From a virus (Duplodnaviria; Caudoviricetes): DNA of 62,764 nt. A program made the translations under genes and the position numbers. The stretch lies in the IMG/VR virus record IMGVR_UViG_3300020171_000027, positions 1-62,764 of that record; one strand, 5' to 3'. The notes under the pieces are model-generated. The model worked only from the letters and a program-made list of their open reading frames with translations, had not been told where the DNA came from and did not search any database. Below, piece after piece: positions 50,035-60,000 of the stretch; position 1 is the first letter of the stretch, and every line of letters begins with the position of its first letter.

Positions 50035-50466
50035 CTATTGAGAAGTACTGTTATCGGTTACCGTATCCGTGATGTTATAGCCTTGGTCGATTGTACCAGC
50101 ATTACTTCCGTTGTCATTCGCCGAGTTGATATTTGTGTTATTACCCTGGGCAGCAGAAACAACGTTTTCCATCGCTGAACCGATCATAAATATAGAACCA
50201 ACGATCCCCGCCATCTTGATTAAGCCAGAAGCAACTGCATATCCTGCATGGTCTTTTTCTTGTTGTATCTCTATTTGCTGAGGAGCCGGATATACAGCCA
50301 AGCTTGCAAGTTTGCCGTCTTTATCCAAGGATAGTTCAATAAGTGGTTTACGTTCTGCGGATATTTGAGCCTTTTTCGCATCAAGATAATTATTATAAGC
50401 CCCGTTTGTAGCACAGCCCATCGAAAGAAATGCCACTAATACTATCAAAGTTATTGCTTTTCTCAT
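50035..50466 (-). CDS. Lipoprotein (possible spanin component)
   Basis: Signal peptide with lipobox LSMGC and an internal hydrophobic segment. Confidence 0.6.
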   Translation of the reverse strand: MRKAITLIVLVAFLSMGCATNGAYNNYLDAKKAQISAERKPLIELSLDKDGKLASLAVYPAPQQIEIQQEKDHAGYAVASGLIKMAGIVGSIFMIGSAMENVVSAAQGNNTNINSANDNGSNAGTIDQGYNITDTVTDNSTSQ

Positions 50467-50657
50467 GTTTTGGTCTCCTTTAATTTAACTAAAATTTCCG
50501 GTGTTTCAAGTACTGTTATTAATGACAGACATAATCCGGCAATTAAATCATCAGCGGTATCCGGTGTCTGTTTTGCCTGAGCCTCAAAAGCCAGCGCCAA
50601 TGATTTCAAGATAGGTATAACTATGCGTTCGATTAAGACTAACTGTAGTATGTTCAT
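50463..50657 (-). CDS. Small lysis-block protein
   Basis: AKQTPDTADDLI motif, overlapping both neighbours (ATGA). Confidence 0.55.
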   Translation of the reverse strand: MNILQLVLIERIVIPILKSLALAFEAQAKQTPDTADDLIAGLCLSLITVLETPEILVKLKETKT

Positions 50658-50866
50658 GACGTTGTCTCCTTATCTGTTTTATCGCTGTCACCGAAATAGA
50701 AGCCAATGATTGTTGATATCGCAGTGCCAAGTAAGAACCCTAATATAATATTAACATTGTCTTTATTTGCGGTGGGTATTTCTAAAAATGTAATTGCAAA
50801 TAAATATAGAAACGATACAGCACTAAGAAAAGTAGCTAATTTCTTTCTAAAGGTATGTTTTTCCAT
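50654..50866 (-). CDS. Putative holin (two TM helices)
   Basis: Two hydrophobic segments and IILGFLLGT...IIGFYFGDS. Confidence 0.7.
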   Translation of the reverse strand: MEKHTFRKKLATFLSAVSFLYLFAITFLEIPTANKDNVNIILGFLLGTAISTIIGFYFGDSDKTDKETTS

Positions 50867-51018
50867 GATTTACTCCTTGCTTTCCGTAATTTTAACCTCA
50901 CAATCTAATAAACATTCTTTAGGACTTGCCGCTTTGCTTCTTGAACATACAAGGCATTTATTTAATTTCAGTTCTATTTCTTTAAGGTTTACTTCTTGCC
51001 CTTTTTCTGGTAGTTTAT

Positions 51019-51795
51019 TCATATCAAATATCTTTCCACGCTTTTTGTATCTAAATCTATGACAGGGATAATCAGCTTTCCTTCTTCATTTCTTTCTACT
51101 GTTGATCCCGAGGCATAAATTACGCTTGCATTATATTCCTTTTCTTTTTTAGCCAGCCTTTTTTCATCGTGCTTGTGTCCGAAAAGTAAACAATCTACTC
51201 TGGAATCGCCGGAATCTTTATCCATAATTACATCCTTAAAAGCATCTGCGTCTCTCAATTTCATAAAATAAGATGACGTAAAGAAAGGATGATGATGTAA
51301 ACATAGGACAACCTTATACTCAGGATGGTTCTGTTCAATGTCGTCAAGATGGTAATTTAGATTATTAAGCTGTTGTTTGCCAAGTTCCCCTTGCGCTCCT
51401 ATAAAGTCATCGTGTTTCATTTCTTCCATCATTGAGTCAAGCATGATAAAAGCACAGTCGTCTATAATTTCTACGTGCGGATAATCAGCCCCTTGAGATA
51501 TATACTTTTTGAAGCTCCTTATACAGTCGTTATTTTCGATGAGGCCTATTGCCGAGTAATCATGGTTGCCTGGGCAAGGCAGGATACGAAAGCCCTTAAC
51601 CTCAAGTCTGTCCAGATGATATCTGGCGCATTTGTATTGCCAGAGCTCGCCGTCGTCCGTTATGTCGCCTGTAATTACTATGACCGAAGATTTATGAATA
51701 TCTTTGTTGTCTATTAACCAGTCACGAATAGTTTTTAAGGTTGTATGATTTTTACCTTTACCAATATGTAGATCGCTTAGGTGTAAAATTCTCAT
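51019..51795 (-). CDS. Calcineurin-like metallophosphoesterase
   Basis: All five motifs present: SDLH, TGDITD, PGNHD, LHHHP and FGHKH. Confidence 0.93.
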   Translation of the reverse strand: MRILHLSDLHIGKGKNHTTLKTIRDWLIDNKDIHKSSVIVITGDITDDGELWQYKCARYHLDRLEVKGFRILPCPGNHDYSAIGLIENNDCIRSFKKYISQGADYPHVEIIDDCAFIMLDSMMEEMKHDDFIGAQGELGKQQLNNLNYHLDDIEQNHPEYKVVLCLHHHPFFTSSYFMKLRDADAFKDVIMDKDSGDSRVDCLLFGHKHDEKRLAKKEKEYNASVIYASGSTVERNEEGKLIIPVIDLDTKSVERYLI

Positions 51796-51846
51796 ATCAC
51801 TCTCCCATCACTCAATCCAACCTTCATCATAATTCTCCTGAAAATC

Positions 51847-51978
51847 CTAAAAGGCAGATTGAAAATCAGCGTCGATAACATATTTGTGATGCCTGTCGAA
51901 ATTTCTGACTATTTTCTCGAAGTAAATGCATAAATCCAGCACCGACTTGTATATCGGCAAGTGCTCATAATGTGACAT
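51847..51978 (-). pseudogene. avd: Truncated Avd-like four-helix-bundle gene (DGR accessory remnant)
   Basis: MSHYEHLPIYKSVLDLCIYFEKIVRNFDRHHKYVIDADFQSAF* matches the Avd-like N-terminus but stops at 43 aa. It starts 30 bp after a DUF1566 gene. Confidence 0.8.
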
Positions 51979-52007
51979 TTGATATATGTCCTAAATAATA
52001 AAATAAT

Positions 52008-52808
52008 TTATCCTCGCACGAAGCGACAATAGAACTTACTCAACCGCTTATCGCTGTAGCTCACGACAGCGTCGTAGAAGAACACGAAGAACGCACTTAT
52101 AGTAGTGCTCAGCCTCGACGACGATGTCCAATGATGGCTGTTTGGCGTTGACGGAAAAAATGTTGTGTCAATACATGGATTGTAATTACCAAGATTAACG
52201 ATACTCGCCAATTCATAACAGTTTGGTATCCGCCAGTCGCTGTATCCGCCGAGGCTGTTTGCATTTGCCTGTGCAAGTGCATCCCAGATTAGATCAGCCA
52301 GTGTCGCAAAAGAAGCAGCAATCGGCCCTTCATTAACCAGTGCTTCAACTGTCGTTATGACTGTAGTTGATATAGTTGCAACCGTTACAACTCCGTTATT
52401 GCTTGTCGTTCCAGATATTGTTATTTTTCTGCCAGCGCATAAAGCATCTACGCTATAAGGAGTTTCTGCCGCTGCCGTGATAGTTTTTGCAGCAGAATCG
52501 AACGTGCAGGAGTTAGCCGCAAGTGTCCATTGCTCCCAGAATAGCGTTCCATTCGCTGCCGGGCCTATATCAGCAGTCGGAACATACCTCGCCCACATCA
52601 AGCCGGTTCGATTATCTATTACACAGTTATTACTCAGAGCATGAGTTTTGCCGTTGATAGTAATATTTGTTGTGCCACTATATTGACCAGTAGTATATGC
52701 TTCATAAGACTTCGCAACACCTTTTTCAAGATCTCCATCATCTCCAGTTGCATAACTTACAGTTTGACCTGTTACCAGCGGTCTGCTTGGATTCGGTAAG
52801 TAGCTCAT
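52008..52808 (-). CDS. DUF1566 (Lcl, C-type lectin fold) receptor-binding protein, DGR target
   Basis: TGQTVSYATGDDG, VIDNRTGLMW, LGGYSDWRIPNCYELASIV, WTSS and CRFVRG*. Confidence 0.9.
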   Translation of the reverse strand: MSYLPNPSRPLVTGQTVSYATGDDGDLEKGVAKSYEAYTTGQYSGTTNITINGKTHALSNNCVIDNRTGLMWARYVPTADIGPAANGTLFWEQWTLAANSCTFDSAAKTITAAAETPYSVDALCAGRKITISGTTSNNGVVTVATISTTVITTVEALVNEGPIAASFATLADLIWDALAQANANSLGGYSDWRIPNCYELASIVNLGNYNPCIDTTFFPSTPNSHHWTSSSRLSTTISAFFVFFYDAVVSYSDKRLSKFYCRFVRG

Positions 52809-53095
52809 TTAATCACCTCCGCTATTTTTATATCGACATTAGTAACCTCTGGAGGCTTACCATCAGTGTAATGTTTGATTTCTTTTTTATTTACAACAAC
52901 ACTCTTGCTGTCAAGTCTTTCCTGAACTATTACATCTATCTCACTATCTTTATAATAGGTGTAACTATCCACCCTTTTTCCTGCAGGCGAGGTCTCAGTC
53001 CATTTCTTCATACTTCCATCAAGATTCTTTTCAACTTGAGTCGTAATAACAGGCGGTATCTCAGCCCCGCAAGTCGGGCATATTTCAACTGCCAT
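52805..53095 (-). CDS. Hypothetical tail-associated protein
   Basis: GGAGGG RBS, ATGA overlap with the DUF1566 gene, beta-hairpin-like sequence. Confidence 0.6.
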   Translation of the reverse strand: MAVEICPTCGAEIPPVITTQVEKNLDGSMKKWTETSPAGKRVDSYTYYKDSEIDVIVQERLDSKSVVVNKKEIKHYTDGKPPEVTNVDIKIAEVIK

Positions 53096-53107
53096 AATAA
53101 CCCTCCC

Positions 53108-53665
53108 TTAGTAAATATGAGCATTAACGCTGTCAACATATAGCGTAATACTTTGATAATTCTGATTAATCACATAACTTGCAGCTCCATCAATAGTTCC
53201 GCCACTTTCTAAGGTTACAGTTATATTATTGGCTGCTGCGCCACCGCTCTCATCTTTGATTACAAGTACTCTTGGGTTATCGGTAGTGCCGGTATCTTCA
53301 TCTTCTGTCGAGATTATTACAGCTCTTGCTGCTGCTGTATCAGTCATGGCTATGATATAATCTGTTGTCAAGATAGACGGATTATAGTCTGCTGCGCCTA
53401 CTGCTGTGCGATGAGCATGATAAGCGCCGTTGTTTGTCATTCCGAGTAAGGTTGGTGAGGTTGCCCTTACTGGTGCGCCTGTGCCCGTGGAAGCAGTTAA
53501 AGTATAAGCTCCTGCTGCATCTGATATAGGAATAGCTCCGGCAGCAGCCCCTGTGGTCTGTTTTAATGTCGTAAATGCCCCTGCCGCTGGTGTAGTTTCA
53601 CCAATTATAGTTCCATCTATTGTACCGCCCTGTATAATATAGTCATCATAGTAATATAAACTCAT
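53108..53665 (-). CDS. Tail fibre-like structural protein
   Basis: IQGGTIDGTIIGETTPAAGAFTTL and VIKDESGGAAANNITV...TIDGAASYVI motifs. Confidence 0.7.
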   Translation of the reverse strand: MSLYYYDDYIIQGGTIDGTIIGETTPAAGAFTTLKQTTGAAAGAIPISDAAGAYTLTASTGTGAPVRATSPTLLGMTNNGAYHAHRTAVGAADYNPSILTTDYIIAMTDTAAARAVIISTEDEDTGTTDNPRVLVIKDESGGAAANNITVTLESGGTIDGAASYVINQNYQSITLYVDSVNAHIY

Positions 53666-53678
53666 TTAATTTTCCTCC

Positions 53679-54065
53679 TTAATTGCCGTGTAAATAGATC
53701 GAAACATAAGCGGTGGCAGAACTTAACGGGTCAGTAGAAAGAGTAAGTTTCACGGTGTTCTCTCCGACTAAAGGAACACTTGTAACCATAACGTGTGTTT
53801 CGTTCTCTATCATAACCGTACTCGGACTTTTGTAAATCTCTTTAGAGTCTTTGTTCTCTATTGTAAGTTTTGCCGTACAAGTCGCTCCGGAAATGGTTGG
53901 CATTTCTAAAACTATTCTTTCCGCATGGCCGGTTGCGTCAATTGTAAAACTGTAAACAGTAGTTCCAGAAACAATCGACAAAGACTCTCGTCCTGTCTGG
54001 TATAGTGAATTATGAATCTTTTTTGCTCCGCCGTCGGGTTTTGGATATACAATTATATCTGCCAT
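53679..54065 (-). CDS. Small beta-sandwich structural protein
   Basis: 128 aa directly after the giant protein, with an AGGAG RBS. Confidence 0.55.
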   Translation of the reverse strand: MADIIVYPKPDGGAKKIHNSLYQTGRESLSIVSGTTVYSFTIDATGHAERIVLEMPTISGATCTAKLTIENKDSKEIYKSPSTVMIENETHVMVTSVPLVGENTVKLTLSTDPLSSATAYVSIYLHGN

Positions 54066-54068
54066 AAC

Positions 54069-57000
54069 TTACTCCTTTTCTAAATATCGTTTTATTTTTT
54101 CAGTTCTTTGCTTTTCTAACCGTTGAATCATTTTACTTCTAATTTCTGTCTCTTCCATACTTTTTAATTTATTGATTCTTTTTCTATATATATTTAATCC
54201 ACCTTGAAACTTATTTAATCGTCTTAATTCAGCAAGTTCTTTTCTATACTCACGGCGAAACTCTGCTTTATCCTTGCTTGTTTCAAGAGCGTCATTGATT
54301 TCATTTAATTTAGCTTTTTTCTTTCTTAATTTATTATCCCAAAATTCTTCATCACTTCCAGTAAACTGGCTGATGGCAACAGGTGTAAACTGTTTCTTTA
54401 GCTTTTTAATTCCTTTGTATTCGTCAGTTGTTTTATATTGTTCTCCTTGGAGAATTAAGGTTAGATTAATACCCAATTTTTCAACAAACGAAGCTGTCCT
54501 GCCAGCCGTTAAAAACATACTTGGTTGTAATGCCTGAATTAAAGTAGTGGCCTCTCTGTATGCTTTGTTTATTATTTTACCAACAAAACTTTCATCGTCC
54601 TCATCCCTTACCATGCCAAATGTCAGCATAACAAAAGCTGTAATCTCAACAAGCCGATATAGTTCTACCATAGATTTTTTAAATTCTGCTTCACTTGGTT
54701 TTTGGAAAGTTAGTTTTTTGCCCAAATTACCAAGATTTTGTATTGTCGTTCTTAAAATTGGAATAGCCCATCTCTTATATTGAGTGTAAGCCCTTCCTTC
54801 TGGAGTTGCACCAATAACAGACTTCATCCCTCCAACCATTCTATACCGACCAAGTTCTGTTCTTAACGCAGCTAATTTTTCAGGAGATATTTCTCCTGCT
54901 TTAAATTCTTCTTTAGACAGAGATCCTAATAAAAAGGTTTTATTAGACCTTACAGAAGCATCCTTAAATAAAACAAAAATTCCCTCCATCAACCTATCGC
55001 CAACCTCTTTCGCTGGTTCTGCCAATTCTTCCCAAGGATTTTTTCCTATAAGATTGCGATATTTTTCTATAATTGATTTGCCTTGTTTTGTATTTTGTCT
55101 TAATTTACCAACAACAAATTTTCTTTTCCCAAGTAGCTGATATGTAGTTATTTGCTCTCCAACTTCAGTAGCAACACTTACAGGAATGTTTAACCCCAAA
55201 TCTCTTAAAGATGTAAACATTTTAATCGCTCTTAATGCCGCATCTATTTTTCCGTTTTGCTTTGCAATTAAGGTTATATGACGACCTTTTTGAGTATTGA
55301 TCCATTCTTTTACAAACTTGATTAAATTTCCATGCAATAATAATCCTTTTTTAGTCATACCTTTGGGCGTGAGTGCATGGGCATAAATGTCAATTAAAGG
55401 AGTTATTTCATCTAATGCCTGCTTCTTTTTAAATGTACGCATGTATGTTAAAAAGGCTTTTACAACATTTTCAGTTGGCTTCAGTTTCCCGGTTCTGTGC
55501 ATAGCAAATTTAAAAAACTTATCCATTGCTAAAATTTGACCAGTTTCTTTATCTAATATATTAAAAGCTTGTTCATCGAGCTTATAGGACTCAAACTGTT
55601 CTTTAACGGCTTTGATTATTCCATCTTCTTTGGTAGCTTCTAATATTCCCCTCCGGACATGAGTAAAATAGTTCTCCTTTCCCATATTCATTGCTTCTAT
55701 TTGCAATAAATAATCCCTGGCATCAGAGAAATGTCTGGTCATGTATTCAGCCATTGCCATTTCTGCTTCAGATAACCCAACCTCTGCTTTTTCATTAGCA
55801 GGAGCTTCCATAAACTTTCTAATATTTTTATGTTGAGGAACAAAAAAACCAACGCCCTTTAACTTTTTAGCTAAAGCGAAAATGTCTTTCTCTATTTTTA
55901 AATATTCGGCTTCTGAAACAAGCATTCTTTTTGCTGTTTCTTCAACCATCATTTTATAAAAGATATTCTTTTCAGCCAATCCGGTTTCGTATCTAAATCT
56001 ATCAAATTCCGATACTTTAATACTTTGTAGTTCTTTTACAGGAACTCCGAGCTTTTCAGACAATCGCTCTCTGGCTTCTCTCCAAGTCTTAATTCCTTTT
56101 AATTCTGTTCTATCAACTACTTCTAATTTTCTGACCGAAAGAAACTCATCACCCTTTTGGAATGGTTCTAAGGCTTCATCTAACTTTCTAATCTGCCCAA
56201 CGGTCATATTTTTTAGCGTTGGGAGCTTCATAGCCTTGCGTAAGTTTTCGATATTTAATTCTTTTTCTTGAATTTGCGACATTAATTCGTTCATGGCCTG
56301 GCGTCTTACTTCAACTTTTTCAGCTCTTAATCTTATGCCATCAATATATTGTTTAAATTCATAATTGCTCATAAAACGAATATCTTTACCAGAAATCTGT
56401 CTTAATTCTCTATCAGTTAGATTAAAATGATCTCTGGCTGCCCTGATAAACTCTCTGCGTCTTTTGAGAATTTCCTTTTCGGTTTTTATCTTTTCTAATT
56501 TAGTTTCAGCACTTTTTAGCTTGGCTTCATATCGGTTAAGAACTTTTATGTAATCTACACCATACTCATCTGCTTTTACCCTGCTGAATATCGGAGGCGT
56601 TACATCATCTATAGCGTCAACATTGTCCCTTGTAGCAAAAGCATATAAAACTCCATCCAGATATTCACGAAGCTCGATTATATCTTTAAAATATTTTGAG
56701 GAGCCAAAACCTTCTTTTGACATCTTATCAGATACACCTTTTAGCCAAGATATAACTGTTTTCATAAACCTCTTAAATACACCGGCATCATCTCTCGCAA
56801 AATATTTTAAGAAATCAGGGTCAGCTAAGGCATCGCCTGTAAAATCAGCAAGGAGTTCTGTTTCTATTTGATCACGTGGTAAAGAACTTTCTCCGGGTAA
56901 CATGGTTTTGTCAAAGGCTTCCCTAAATTTTTCAAACTCCACAAAATGCAATCTCGCCTTACTGATAAACGTATTATAGAGCGTTGAATTATCACTTTTG

Positions 57001-60000
57001 ATTTTGTGTAATAATTCATGGCCTGCAAGCTGGACGAATCCTTTGATAGCATTTGGGTCAATGAAAAGATTTCCTTTGTAAGTCTGTCCACCAATTCTTC
57101 TAAATTTTTCTTTTGTTGGGGTAACGGTAATAATTTTTGTTTTGAAAACGGATTCAAAAGCTCTGGCAACGCTTCTGGTAGCATCTGGGACATCTTTTTC
57201 GATGACATAGGCATTCTCCCATTCCTTCCCTAATTGTTTAGCAAGTTGAGTATTTAGGTCTCGTACTAATTTGTCTTGTTCAATGGCAGGCTTGGTAGCG
57301 TACTTAGGTTGTTCTTTTTGTGCTTTGTTCCAGATATCGATTATTTTTGATTCTTTTAATATAGCCTCTTCATTTAAAACAATCATTCCATCTGATGTAT
57401 AAATGCCATCTATCCCTTTATCTTCTATAGCTTCCCAAAAAATATCAAATAATTCTGGACTATCAAAAACTCCCGCTGAATCTACAATATCTTCAGAATC
57501 TAATTCTTCAGATAATTTTTGGGCTGTTTCTTCAATTTCTTCGCTTTGCCTATATGAATCTAATATCTCTTCATTTTCAGGATTTAATAATTGTTCTCTA
57601 AAAGCATCTTTTACTGAACTAATGTTTACAAAGTTAAATTTCCCTATAATATTCGGTACAAATAGATTTTTGCCATACTTGGAAATACTTTCCCTATCTT
57701 CTGCGAACATAGCATAATTAACATCTCTGAATGGACTTTCTGTGTTTGTTCTTCTAAAATATCCAAAACTATCAACAAACTCGTCAGCCGTCTTATACTT
57801 TCGTGCTTCTTGCTCGATAGTTTCTTTCAGCTCAATACTAAAACTCGTTCCCTCACCATCAGTAACAATCCAGTCTTCACGAGGTATGCCCTGAGCTTCG
57901 TAAGGCATGGTTTCTCTGCGTTCTTCTGCGGTTAGTTTTGCACGGGCGGACGTGTCTCTGGCTTCTATTTCACCGGCAAGGTTCATATAGGCTTCTGTTG
58001 CATTTTTAGGAAGTTTATTTTGACGCTGAATTTCTTCCATTGCAGAAACAACAGTAGCATAACCTGGATATTTTTCTTTAAGTCTGTTTTCTTCTACTTT
58101 TAATTGTGCATTTGTATAATCCTTATTATCTGCCAACCATTTATAGATTTCTTGCTCAACTGCTATCCCTTCTTTTGTTTTGTCGTAGTTATCAATGGCT
58201 TCTCTATAGCTTTCTATTAAAGCAGTATCTTTAAAGGCAGTTTTGAATGCCATTTCAGATGGTGATGAGCCACGAGCAAAGCCGGAGATTTCTTGGATGG
58301 CATGTTGGATTTCGTGGAGCAAGGTTTCTTTAAGCTCTTTCCCTTTTGTCATAAAACCACGAGGAAAAACTATCGAATTTGTTTCAGGCTCATATTCCCC
58401 TTTTGAATCTTCAATATAATCACTTCTGATTTTTATTTTACGTAATTCTGGATATGCTTTAAATAAAACCTTATGGTCTATCAAATCATCAAGTGTCTTA
58501 ATCTCTTTTGAGTTAATTTTGATATACGCAGGAGTTCTTTCAGTTTCTTTTATTTCTGCACCACTATCATCAATCTCCCACTTCCAAGTCTCTTCTTTCT
58601 CAACGCCTTTCAGCCATCCAGTTTCTTTCCATACCTCTTTCTCGCTCTTACCTTCCTTGAGCATTTCCTGAGCTCTAACAAGTGCGCCAGTAGGTGCGCC
58701 TATGGCTTTTTTGCCTGCCATTGCGTATCTTATATCGGGATTAGTTGGGTCAAACTCTGTGTTGAATATGGATTTTATTTGGGTAGGTTCAAAGGCTACA
58801 TAGGAAGTTCCACCAAATTCTGTATCTTTCACAATAATCCCATCATACCCTTGTTTTTTTATTTTTTCTATGTTTTTCCCAAGGCTCCAAAAATTTCCTT
58901 TCCATTTTTTAGGGTTTTGTAATGATAAATAAACAGGCATCCCTATATCTGTTGCTGTTTGTTCTGATATGTCTTGATCTGTAAACCAAAAACCAGCCTT
59001 AGCCATTTTTAAACTATTTATATCATCTGTATTTATTTCGGTTGTAAACCCAAGCATTTCTTTGTCAAATACTGTAAAATCTGTATCTGTCCAGTGTATA
59101 ACCATTAATGGCTCGCCCTTTTTATTAACAACCTTACTATCACCAAACCATTTTACAAACTTAGGATTATCTCGAATATTAACAACAGCCTTCTTTAAAG
59201 AGAAACTCACATCCTGAGCAAACTGATTAATGCCTGAAACCTCACCACCCATTTCTCTCTGAAAGATTGCACCAGATTCAAATTGTCTTGTGATGCCTCT
59301 CGAAGTAGTAGTAAACAAATTAACAAACGAGTCTATGAAATCAGCAATCTTATCAAGTATTGTTCTTATCGTGCCTTTGTATTTTGCTCGGTTCCTTACT
59401 TCTGTTTCCATGAAATACGCTTGGTCTTCTTCACCGCCTATGTTTTTTTCGTTCTGTGTCTTAAACTTTCCTTGCCTTACAAGTTGCCTTATCTTGAATT
59501 TAAGCACTCTTAACTCTTTTGGTGTAGCAAGACCTAACTTTCTAATAATATGCCAACCTTCGTGAGCTACCGTCCATTTATCGCCTATTCCTTTGACGAT
59601 CTCAATAGTATCATCCTCGAACTTGCCTGCAATTAACTCACCGTCAGCTCTCATCCGGCCACGTGCTGTCTCAAAGGCCAGCTTGTTTTCGCTTATGTGG
59701 GTTACACTTTTGACTTGGAAGCCGTAACCGGATTTGAGTTTTACCCAGATATTACCGTCTTTGGATAAACCGGATGGAGCTTTGAATATGTCTCGTACTT
59801 GTGATAGGTTTATTTCTGAGTCGGATATTCGTTGTTTGGTGGCATAGAAAGTGTCTTCCATTGGAGTAGTTGAGATAATTTTATCTTTATTAATAATCGC
59901 AACAGTAGTCCCTCTTCCCTCTGGTTCAACAAAACGACCGCCATCGTATCCAGCTTTTTTCAGGTTTTTTATAAAGGCAGGATCTTCAAAAGCTCCCTGT

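Noticed and set aside
51797-52808. Active, complete DGR
   Set aside because: I found no reverse transcriptase and no template repeat by eye, avd is truncated, and no GC hairpin follows the variable region.
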